Assembly (NCBI RefSeq): GCF_006345805.1
Contig: NC_043013.1
Coordinates: 24,614,001-24,678,000 of the forward strand
Source of the DNA: Octopus sinensis
Lineage: Eukaryota
Length of the DNA stretch: 64,000 bases
Direction: 5' to 3'
In this document: positions 53,396-64,000 of the stretch, in pieces
Layout of the letters: every line of letters begins with the position of its first letter
Numbering within the stretch: the first letter of the stretch is position 1
The notes under the pieces: generated by a model
The model's input: only the letters and a program-made list of their open reading frames with translations
Told to the model about the DNA's origin: nothing
The model's database searches: none
Made by a program: the position numbers and the translations under genes

Positions 53396-56205
53396 TAGAT
53401 TTAGCAAGGAATTAGTAGCTAAGAAGGATCTACTCAGTTAAGGCCCTAGAAGAGGCATTGGAGAGTGGCAGTGCACCCCAAGTGTCGGCCGCGGGATTGG
53501 CGCTCAACCAACACCTCGAAGCTAAGCACGAGGGCTAAAGGATCGAGAAGGGATAACACTGTGAGATGGACCCGTGTGACAGAAGCCCAACATGGCAACG
53601 ATGTCAGAATAAGATCTATGACAAACAATCGTGTAAGGTTTTTACGAGTATTTCGGCCGGCTTTTCGAGAGGGGCGATGAACCGGAGCGCAAGGTGAACC
53701 CTACGGACTTCCTCAACGGTTTGCTGCGTCTCTCGGGACAGGAAGCGGAATGCTGTGAAGGACCGATCACAGCTGCGGAAGTAGAGGACGTCTTGTCGGA
53801 TCGCCGTGGGGACAGGTCGCCGGGACTAGATGGTCTTTCCTACGAAGTTTATTACGGTATGCCAGACTTGTTTGGACACTTACTGGCATGTGTTTTTACA
53901 AGCTGGTAACAGAATGGGTTCATTCCCAGATCTGAGAGTCGGGGAGTTGTGACACTGCTTAGAAAGGACCCAAAAAAGGGGGACATTATAGATAATTGTC
54001 GGCCCATCACTCTGCTTACTGCAGAGCTGAAGATTTTGGCCAAGGTACTCGCAAAAATATTGGCGCAGGTTGTGGGTGGACTGGTTGGGGAGGCACAAAC
54101 CTGTGCTGTCCTAGGCCGGTCCATACACAACAATCTCCATCTTATACGCTATACTTTAGAGCGAGTTAATAAGGTATCTGGCAAGGGCGGAGCGCAAGTA
54201 CATTTAGGCCAGGCTAAAGCTTTCTATAGGGTGGACCATCGGTATCTGGTGACGGTCCTCGCGGCAGTTGGGCTGGGCCCGATCTTTCGCGGTTGAATCA
54301 TATCCTTATACAGCAACATCGACTCGATCGTTCGAGTGAACGGTTTATTTTCGGAGCCGTTCTCTATCAAGCGCTCAGTTTGTCAATGATGTTCGCTCTC
54401 CCTTCTGCTATATATGCTGGCTCTTGAGCCTTTACTGGTAAAGTCTGAGGGTATGAGTGGCGTCCCGCGAGATCTAGTTGACATCACCATCATCGTATCT
54501 GAAGCGAGACACCTACAGTGGGTAGGTGAAGCCGTTAAAGAATACGAGGCGGTGGCAGTAGCAAAAATCAACCGGGAAAATTCGGTCGGCTTACGGCTCG
54601 GTACCTGGAGAGGCAAGTCGATGCCGTCTAACAAAGTCGTGGGACATTGGACGGATGGACCGTTGAAAATGCTCGGGATATGGTTCGGGCCAGACCTCCA
54701 GTTATAGAAAATTTGGAGCGAGGTTACCAGCAGGGTGGCCCATCTAACCCAGACCTGGTCTGGGCGATGGCTATCCCTGAAAGGAAGGGCGGAGGTTGCA
54801 AATGTGCTTATCGCATCTGTGATCACCTACCGTCTGACCATCGTGCCTTGCCCCGATTCGTGGCTAAGCAAGATGGAACGATTATCCTTCTGCTTTTTGT
54901 GGAAGGGCAGCGGACCTCTTGTAAGGCGCTCTATCTCTTGCCAACAACCGCTTAAGGATGGGCTAGGGATAACGTGGCTGAGGATGCACAAGTGCACGCT
55001 GAGGCTAAGGCATCTTTGGCTTTACCTTGATGGTGAAAGGGGGTGGTCTCCGTTCGTCAAACTGTTGCTTCATAGGGTCACTAGTTTTGGTGAGCTAGAA
55101 CCATAGATCAAACGTAGACAAAAGTTGGGTGCTTGGCAGACCGAGTGTCACAAGGTACTCGCGCTCTTCTGTCGCATGTGCAATTCTAATAGCGTAGTTC
55201 CACCTCGTCGTTCTGTAGAGGGTTAGTAGAGGCCAAGTGTGATGAAGCGCTGGGGGAAATCCTGGGCTTCGGCGATGGTCAACTAGCCAGCCTGTTTTAA
55301 AGAGCGATCGGGCCGGGACCTCAGGACACCTTCCAGAGGTCCCTCACCTGGCAATGTTACCGAGGAGCCTTACCAATTTACGATAAGCTCTCAAGGCATG
55401 GTGCATCGTGCTCACCCACCTGCCCAAAATGTGGACGGGACAATGAAACTGTTCCGCACACAATTTGGCAGTGTGCGACGATTTCGTGGGTTTATGTCGA
55501 ACGACTGCTGTCACGGCTTGGAAGAGAAAAGCTGTCGTCCGAATCTGTTATAAAAATTGTTCCCCCTCCCTCATTGAACAGAGAAGGTAAGGTTTGTTTC
55601 CTTATTGTGGTCTCTATAGAGAAGGAGGCGATATGGAAAGCAAGGACGAAAGGATTGGTGACAGGTACTTTCATTTCTGGCCTAGGTTTGGTCAATTTTT
55701 TGTATCTTCCTTCGTAGAAGGAAGATAAGGCTAGAAAGGAAGTAACTGTCATCGGACATGTACGATAAAAGATGGAAGCAAGTGGTTCGCATGTTGGGAA
55801 TGAAAGGTCCGACGTGAGTGCATCCATGAAATGTTTATAAAAAGGATCAGTGGAGGAACGTGTCTTGCGGGGTCGTAACCGTCTCTCCATTCCATTATAC
55901 TCTTTTATTGTCTGTCCTTTCATTGATTATATTCACAGATTTTTAACTTCATTTTTGTGTAATCACATTCGTTACACTGACCCCGCATTCATTTTTTTTT
56001 ATTGTAATGCAGTACGATCATTTCAAGCGACTCCATTTAATTGAACAATGCAACCATTACATCAATTTAAATGCAGAGCAATCCTCAGCTGCATAATTAC
56101 ATAGAATTAATTTAAATTAGAATAAATATTTATATATATATGACCCCACATGTCTTGTGATTGTCCCTTCTCTGTTGGCTCCTTCTGTGTGGGCAATAAA
56201 GAAAT
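53396..56205 (+). mobile_element. Tx1/L1-clade element E, 5'-truncated ORF2 and 3' UTR
   Basis: SPGLDGLSYE, RPITLLTAELKILAK, KAFYRVDH, W.GKSMP, CPKC; tail gggcaataaagaaat. Confidence 0.9.
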
Positions 56206-56277
<72 letters not shown>

Positions 56278-56299
56278 AAAGAAGTTGAAAATGCACTGA

Positions 56300-57100
56300 G
56301 AAATTAATCAATAAGTTCTCGACTGCACACTTGAAGCTCGCCTGTTCTTGAGCTTCATTCATGGCTTTCCCATAATCTGAACCTACCTGAATTTTTTTCA
56401 CTGCTTGGAAGGAAGGTGTGTAGTGTGTGATCATCGCATTGACCATAACAGAGTAGGCTGTCATGATGATACTTGCTCAGAGGTCTGTGCAAAGTTGTAG
56501 AAAGTATACGGAGAGGAGTATGAGCCGCACACAAGTGTACGAGTGTTTCAGATGTTTCAAAGATGGCTGAAAAAATGTCAATATTGATGAACGTTCTGGG
56601 AGATCCACAACCAGCAAAACAGATGTGCATGCAACTGCGAGAGGAAATTATCGAATCACCATCCATGAGTTATCAGAAGATGTGTAGATTAGTTATGGTT
56701 CAGTTCATTATCATTGAAGACTTGGGTAGGAGATGTGTGTCTGCCAAGTTTGTGCCAAAACTGCTTTCAACTGACCAAAAGGAGGCTTGGGTTTCAGTTG
56801 CACAAAATCTCCATGATTGTGTCAAGAACGATGAAAATTTTGCATAGGCCTCTGAGCAGATATCACCAAGCTTTAGACAAAATTTGATGCAGTTTCTCTG
56901 CTCAGTTTTCTCTGTCATGGTCAATGCAACAATCACCTGCTACACACGTTCCTTCCAAGAACTGCTGTAAACAGCAGAAGTGAGCTAGAATGTTCAAGGT
57001 TAGCACAGTTCAAGGTCGAATTGTGATAAGCAGCTTCACTCTCTATGGTTTAGCTTTGTTACTATGGCAACAGTCAGGATAATTATTTATTAGACCACAT
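56300..57100. mobile_element. Foldback mariner derivative: two diverged 5' ends in opposite orientation
   Basis: Plus: VYGEESMSRTQVYE.FR.FKDG..DERSGR, AKFVPKLL. Minus 56845-57100: MTEKTEQRNCIKFCLKLGDICSEAYAK. Both share cttggaagga..gtgtgtag..gcattgaccat.acagag. Confidence 0.7.
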
Positions 57101-57124
57101 ATGTAAAACTGCTGAAGACTGTGG

Positions 57125-57468
57125 TCAAACCCTGACTGGAGAGGGTTGTTGCTGGAAGGCCATATGTGTGGTAGCAGGATTCAGCTCCTTGCTATACCTC
57201 TAGAAAAAATGAAAAGGGGTTGCCAAAGAATTCCTACACTTTACCAGTCCCAATTTCTGGATTCCTAATTGCACCACTTTTAATTCCGTGGATTTACTGT
57301 GTGAGAAAGACACCAACTACTATTCCTACAGCACCAAGCCCGAACTGGTGGTCAAGATCAAGGAAGTGTTCAAAGATCTTCCCAGGGACACAGTGAGGAA
57401 TGCATGCACCAGGTTCTGGAGCCATTTTGAGGTCATGGAGGAAGTTGAGGGTGGCTACTTTGAGTAAA
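57125..57468 (+). pseudogene. Tc1/mariner superfamily (DD37D/maT-like) transposase C-terminal fragment
   Basis: RPYVW*QDSAPCYTS ... PNFW ... ELVVKIKEVFKDLPRDTVRNACTRF...VEGGYFE*; subgroup assignment is from motif recall. Confidence 0.7.
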
Positions 57469-57485
57469 CTGCTATCTTCCAGCCA

Positions 57486-57486
57486 T

Positions 57487-57517
<31 letters not shown>

Positions 57518-59475
57518 GTCGTCGTCGTTTAACGTCCGTTTTTCATGCTAGCATGGGTTCGACCAGGGTCTGGGAAGCCAGGAGGCTGCACCGGGCTCCA
57601 GTCTGATTTGGCAGTGTTTCTACAGCTGGATGCCCTTCCTAACGCCAACCACTGTAGTGGGTGCTTTTTACGTGCCACCGGCACAGGTGCCAGGGGAGCT
57701 GGCAACGGCCACGATCAGTTGGTGCTTTTTACATGCCACCGGCACAGAATCCAGTCAGGGCGGCGCTGGCATCGGCCATGTTCGGATGGTGCTTTTTAGG
57801 TGCCACCGGCACAGGTATCACAACTACAATTGCCATTTGAGTTTTTGATGTTGATGTACTTGACTCAATAGGTCTCCTCAAGCACAGCAGGTCGCCCTAC
57901 GATCCAAGGTAAGCACAGCAGGCCGTCTGTAATCCAAGGAACTTTGGATGGGCTAGGGCTTCTATGTGAAGCTGACACAGGAAACAGCCATGAACTCACA
58001 TTATTTGTCGGGTCTTCACAGTCACAGTATATCTCCAGAGGTCTCGGTCTTTCGTCATTGCTTCTGTGAGACCCAACGTTTGAAGGTCCTGCTTGACCAC
58101 CTCATCCCATGTCTTCCTGGGTCTACCTCTACCCCAGATTCCTTCAACTGTTTGGGAGTGGCACTTCTTCACACATCTCTCCTCATCCATCCATAGTACA
58201 TGACCATACCAGCGTAGACGTCTCTCTTGCATGTCACATCCAATGCGTCTTATGTCCAGCATTTCTCTCAGGGCGCTTACACTCTGTTATGTGTGCACAC
58301 TGACATGACACATCCAGTGGATCATGCTAGCTTCATTTCTTTCAAGCCTACACATGTCCTCTGCCATCACAGCCCATGTTTCACTACTGTGAAGCATGGC
58401 AGTTTGCACACATGCATCGTACAATCTACCTTTCACTCTGAGTGAGAGACCCTTTGTCACCAGTAGGGGTGAGAGCTTTCTAAACTTTGCCCAGGCTATT
58501 CTTATTCTAGTGGTAACACTCTCTGAGCATCCACCTCCACTACTAACTTGGTCACCTAGGTAGCGGAAACTATCAACTATTTCTAGTTTCTTCCCCAGGA
58601 GTGTAATGGAACCTGTTTTCTGAGTATCAATAGTGTCTGTTGCCCCTGTGCATGTGCCGCACATGAAAGCTATCTTCTTGGTTAATTTTCCTTCGATGTT
58701 GCTGCACCTCTTATGTGTCCATAACTTACACTGAGTACATCTTATGAAGTTTCTACCTACACCTTTTCTACAGATCAAGCAGGACCACCTACCTAAGGGG
58801 GTGTGTGGTGAGTTTGCCTTCCTACTTACTAGAACTTTGGTCTTTGCTACATTGACTCTAAGGCCTTTTGATTCTAACCCTAGCTTCCACACACGGAATT
58901 TCTTCTCTAGTTCGGGTAGTGATTCTGCTATGAAGGCCAGGTCATTAGCATAGAGGAGCTCCCAGGGGCAACCCGTCTTGAATTCCTCTGTTATTGCCTG
59001 GAGGACTATGATGAATAGAAGGGGACTGAGGGCTGAACCTTGGTGGACTCCTACTTCTACTCGGAATTCTTCACTATACTCATTGCCAATCCTAACCTTG
59101 CTGACGACCTCTCTGTATAGGGCATGTACAGCCCTTATTAACCATTTGTCAATCTCCAGTTTCCGCATCGCCCACCAGATAAGGGATCGGGGGACCCTGT
59201 CAAAGGCTTTCTCCAAGTCCACGAAAGCTATATAGAGGGGTTTATCTTTAGCTAGGTATTTCTCCTGCAGTTGTCGAACCAGGAATATGGCCTTGGTGGT
59301 GCTTCTACCTGGCACAAAACCAAACTGCATCTCATCTAAGCAGACTCTCTCCCTAATGAGATGGCCTATGACCCTCTCTGTGACCTTCATCACATGATCC
59401 AACAGATTAATACCCCTGTAGTTATTTCTATCTAGAGCCTCACCATTGCTCTTGTAGCAGTTGACTATGCTGCTG
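57486..59475 (-). mobile_element. RTE-clade LINE, 5'-truncated, with 3' UTR and (GAT)n tail
   Basis: QFGFVPGRST, FVDLEKAFDRVPR, GVHQGSALSPLLF, LLYANDL, FRYLG, RLRWYGHV; embedded C4HC3 finger. Confidence 0.93.
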
Positions 59476-59959
59476 CTATCTTCCAGCCAGAATCGAATTG
59501 ATATAATCTTATTTTTTTAAAATACTTTTATTTGGGGATGGGATGTTGTGTTTTCTTTGATTTTATGCAAACAGTCAAATTTACCTCGAACGACCTGTAT
59601 TTCTTAACTTTCCATCCAAGTTTCAAAAAAAAAAATTGCTTTGAATAACTTATCACAAGAATACAAAATGCCATAAAAACAACAATCTGTAATCTTCTAC
59701 TTCTATACGAAATATGCAACTTAAATGGCTACAAGATTTCTTCTCACTCTAGGTCATATGACAAAGAAGAAAGAGACTACAGAATTTGGTTTCTGGCTAA
59801 TAACCTCTTCAGAAAATCTTACTTTAGTAACATTATTAAGCAATCTACAACCTTCAGAAAGTCATAAATATAGACATAACATGACTGAAATTAAATAACT
59901 TTTATGAAATTTCAAATTTAAAAAATACTTAGATGAATAGACACAACCCAATTGAAAAT

Positions 59960-61395
59960 AGTATGCCAACCACTCCGAGAGTGTAGTGGGTGCTTTTTAC
60001 ATGCCTCTGGCACAAGGATCAGTCAAGCAGTACCGGCATTAGCCACGCTTGAATGGTACTTTTTACATGCACCTGGCATGGGTGCCAGTCAGGTGGTACT
60101 ATCATCGGCTACGAAAACGACTTCACTTGCCTCAACAGGTTTTCACAAGCAAGGTTTATTGCCCAGTGATTGAAGGGTACTCTTAAATGGTCTGGTTATG
60201 CTGCACTGGCACAGGACATGGTTATGGTCTCACTTGGCTTGATTGGTCTTCTCAAGCACAGCATATCTCCAAAGGTCTTGGTCACTTCTCATTGCCTTGG
60301 TGAGGCCCAACATTCGAAGGTCATGCTTCAACACCTCATCCCAGGTCTTCCTGGGTCTACCTCTTCCACAAGTTCCCTCTACTGCTAGGGTGTGACACTT
60401 TTTCACACAGCTGTCCTCATCCATATGCAACACATAACTATACCAGTGCAGTCATCTCTCTTGTACACCACATCTCATGCTTCTTATGTCCAACTTTTCT
60501 CTCAGGGCACTTACACTCTATTGTATATGCACACTGACATTACTCATCCAGCAGAGCATACTAGCTTCATTCCTTGCAAGCATAAGCATGTCCTCAACAG
60601 TCAAAGCCCATGTTTCACTGGCATGTAGCATGGCTGTTTGTACACATGTGTCATACAGTCTACCTTTTACTCTGAGTGAGAGGCCCTTTGTCACCATCAG
60701 AGGTAGGAGCTCTGAACTTTGCCAAGGCTATTCTTATTCTAGCAGCTACACTTTCAGAGTATCCACCCCACCCCCGCTACCGACTTGGTCACCTAGGTAA
60801 CAGAAGCTATCAACTACTTGTAGTTTTTTTCCCCTGGAATGTGACGGAAGCTGTTTTCTGCAGATTTTCAGTGTTTATTGCCCCTGAGCATTTGCCACAT
60901 ACAAAAACTATCTTCCCAGTTAGCCTTCCTTTGATATTACTGCACCTCTTATGTGTCCATAGCTTACACCAGGTACATCTTATGGAGTTTCTACCTATGC
61001 CTTTTCTACAGATTGAGCAAGGCCATTTACCTGAAGGGATTTGTGATTTTTCTGCCTTCTTACTTAGTAAGACTTTGGTTTTTGCTAGATTGACTCTAAG
61101 GCCTTTTGACTCTAAACCTTGCTTCCACACCTTATACTTCTCCTCTAGTTCTGATAGTGACTCAGCTATTAGAGCAAAGTCATCAGCAAAGAGAAGCACC
61201 CAGGGGCATCCTGTCTTGAATTCCTCTGTTATTGCCTGGAAGACTATGATGAATAAGAGGTGGCTGAGAACTGATCCTTGGTGGGCCCCTACTCCTACCT
61301 GGAATTCTTCATTGCCAACCCTTACCTTACTAACAGCATCCCTATGCATGGTTTGTACAGCTCTCACTAACCACTCCTCTATTCCTAGTTTTCAC
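59960..61395 (-). mobile_element. Second RTE-clade LINE fragment
   Basis: GAHQGSVLSHLLF, LLFADDF, same C4HC3 finger, GRGRPRKTW. Confidence 0.9.
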
Positions 61396-61669
61396 ACAGA
61401 AAATAGAGCATTGCCCTTTCTATGTGGAATCTATTTCGGCTCAAACAAATATTCTGTTTCATCAATTACTTTGTTCTTTGCTGTCTTCTGATGATAGAGT
61501 TATCAAATACAAAAGCATGGTACCAGTTTATTTAAAATGGGTCTGATTGTAAAATCCTGATATAAGACTATGTTTATTTCACATTTTCTCAAATTATAAA
61601 AGAATGGTGTTGTACAATGGATTAACAATAATGTAATATTGTATTCTAATCATATTCTATTCAGTTCAT

Positions 61670-62000
61670 CATCATCATCATCATAATTTAATGTCCATGT
61701 TCCATGCTAGCATGGGTTTGATGGTACCACAAAAGCTGGTCAGGCTGAAGCCTGCACCAGACTTCTGTGTTTTGGCAGGATTTTTACAGCTGGATGCCTT
61801 TCCTAACACCAACCACTCAGCAGAGTGGACTTAATGTTTTTTTTGCGGCACAAGTGAAGTGAGTAGTGCTTTTTACATGGCACAAGCACATGCAAGGTCA
61901 GTTTGGCAAGGTTTTTACAGCTGGATGCTCTTCCAAACACCAACTACTTTACAGTGTGAACTGAATGCTTTTAAGTGGCACCTGCACTGACAGGGTCACC
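61670..62000 (-). mobile_element. RTE 3' UTR/tail fragment
   Basis: (cat)n, ccatgctagcatggg, cagctggatgcc.ttcctaac.ccaaccact as at 57486-57670. Confidence 0.75.
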
Positions 62001-62211
62001 AAGTACGTGCAAGACAAAAACTTTTAAGAGGGAAAGTGGCATTGGGGGAAGCGATGATGAAAAGGTTATAATGAGACAGATACAGGTGTCTTGTTGTAGA
62101 GGAAGTACAAGGTTACCTGGCCAGAGAGCAAAAGATCTGGAATGAAGACAGAAACCAGCATGCTACCGCAAAGAAAATACACAGTTGTCCAACCTGAGGG
62201 AAGTACAAGAT

Positions 62212-62255
<44 letters not shown>

Positions 62256-62537
62256 AGACCACAGGATGGAGATGGTGGCAAAATGCTGGGCATACTCACA
62301 AGGAACAGGGATCAGAGTATAAATGAGATGGTTGAGTAAAGGAATGGAGAGATATAGATAATAGTAAGTGCCAGGGTATACCCCCGAGGTTCAAATGCCA
62401 TAACATAAGCTACAGGATATTGCAAAGAGAGTGTAATTAAAGAGTGTGAGTAAGTGGCGAAAGACCTATAGATTTGGAGGGGCTACTGGGTAGCAATGAT
62501 ACAGAGGAAAAGGGGTGTTATGACAGGAGTGGAGAGT

Positions 62538-62640
62538 GAGAGCTAGGCAAGGGATGAGAGCTAGGCAAGGGGTGAGGGTTAGGCAAGGGGGGAGAGCTAG
62601 GCAAAGGGGGAGAGCTAGGCAAGGGAGGAGAGCTAGGCAT
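62538..62640. repeat. 18-bp minisatellite, about 5.7 copies
   Basis: Unit gagagctaggcaagggNN. Confidence 0.9.
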
Positions 62641-62969
62641 AGTGAACGAAGGAGGAAATGCGAGAAAGAAAAGAGATGTAGATTGGCTTGTTGGGGAAGG
62701 GCGATGGACAAGTTTTCTTGTTACATGTGGGTGGAACACTCAGGTTGGGGGCTAGCGGAAGACAATAATAGAGTGAGACAGTTATTCAATTTTATTCCAG
62801 CTGTATTCCATACAGCTGGAATAAAATTGAATATTGTTTAAATATCGAAAACTTATTTTCGTTTTTGTGTTTGGTTTCCAAGATTCACGTTGTGAATAGA
62901 TGTGTTAAAACAGGTTTTATTGTATATTGGCAAGATCATTATATCAATAATAAACACACACACACACTT

Positions 62970-63259
62970 GTTCTATTTTACTCCTTTTATTTTTATTAGT
63001 CAACTAGTTAACCATTTAACCAATTAACTAATCAATTGATTGATTAATCATTCAGTCAATGAGTCATTTAACTAGGTTCATCAAGTAGCACAGGAGTCGA
63101 GAGGATGTGTCATTGATAAGGTTGCAAATGACAATGGAAGGATTCTGATGAACATAGTCAACTGATTTATTGACCAAACAATTAATCAAACAATTGATTA
63201 GTTAACTGGTTAAATCATTAACTAGTTTACAAAAAATAATAAAAGAATTGAAATAAAAC
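62970..63259. mobile_element. MITE-like AT-rich hairpin element
   Basis: About 115-bp imperfect inverted arms (62970-63085, 63146-63259) around a 60-bp spacer. Confidence 0.6.
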
Positions 63260-63624
63260 CAGTGCATGTGCTTATTAGTGGCATAAATGACCCTCCCAAA
63301 ATACAACAAATTTGAAAACTCGTTTTGGAAAATATATTAAGTTACATCCAAAAGGAAAGAAAATAATGCACATATACACCCATACATGTATGTATATGAG
63401 TGTATGAGAGAAATAGAGAGAAGGAGAACAGTGTGTGTGTGTATGTGTGTGCGAGCGTGTGTGTGTGTGTGTGTGTGTAAGGTAAGATGAAAGAGCAAAT
63501 CTTCAACATGTAGTAAAACATTGTTAATCCTTTGACTGAAGATAAACAAAATCAATGTAATTCTTTTAATATGAATTGAATTAATAAATCATGATGAACA
63601 TCAATGGAATTTGTATCTTTGTGG

Positions 63625-64000
63625 TACCAGTGCCGGTGGCACATAAGAAAACCATCCGAACGTGGCCGTAGCCAGTATGGCATCGACTGGCCTCCGTGCT
63701 GTGGGCACGTAACAAACACCATCCGATCGTGGCCGTTCGCCAGCCTCGTCTGGCACCTGTGTCGGTGGCACATAAAAAACACCATCCGAGCGTGGCCGTC
63801 TGCCAGCCTCGTCTGGCACCTGTGTCGCTGGCACATAAAATCACCCACTACACTCTCGGAGTGGTTGGCGTTAGGAAGGGCATCCAGCTGTAGAAACACT
63901 GCCAGATCCGACTGGCCTGATGCAGCCTTCGGGCTCCCCAGACCCCAGTTGAACTGTTCAACCCATGCTAGCATGGAAAGCGGACGTTAAATGATGATGA
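63625..64000 (+). mobile_element. RTE-type 3' UTR/tail with internal 63-66-bp tandem repeats
   Basis: ggcac-initiated units at 63638, 63704, 63767, 63830; then ggcgttaggaagggcatccagctg and ccatgctagcatggaaagcggacgttaaatgatgatga. Confidence 0.8.

Overview
64 kb of AT-rich, microsatellite-dense animal genomic DNA. The SINE/LINE repertoire resembles coleoid cephalopods such as Octopus; this is my recognition, not a database result. I see no convincing host protein-coding exon, and most listed ORFs are translated (TA)n/(CA)n/(GATA)n/(GAA)n runs. The window is a nested transposon graveyard: four Tc1/mariner relics, CR1-group LINEs (one near full length), two RTE LINEs with a PHD finger inside the RT, two Helentron-type non-autonomous elements, tRNA-derived SINEs and Penelope-like (PLE) remnants. 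Two things stand out. (1) At 39.0-56.2 kb there is a cluster of Tx1/L1-clade retroelements: three ORF2-bearing copies and two copies in which ORF1 runs straight into the 3' UTR with no ORF2 (HAL1-like). All five carry a covarying 3'-UTR hairpin whose loop can pair with a downstream tract (putative pseudoknot). Four of them also end in a small terminal stem-loop shared with the local tRNA SINE, suggesting a three-tier autonomous/ORF1-only/SINE system using one RNA signal. (2) At least five type I hammerhead ribozyme motifs occur, plus three miniature variants. One has a fully canonical core, and one is a U3-A8 covariant inside a 363-bp retrozyme-like repeat.
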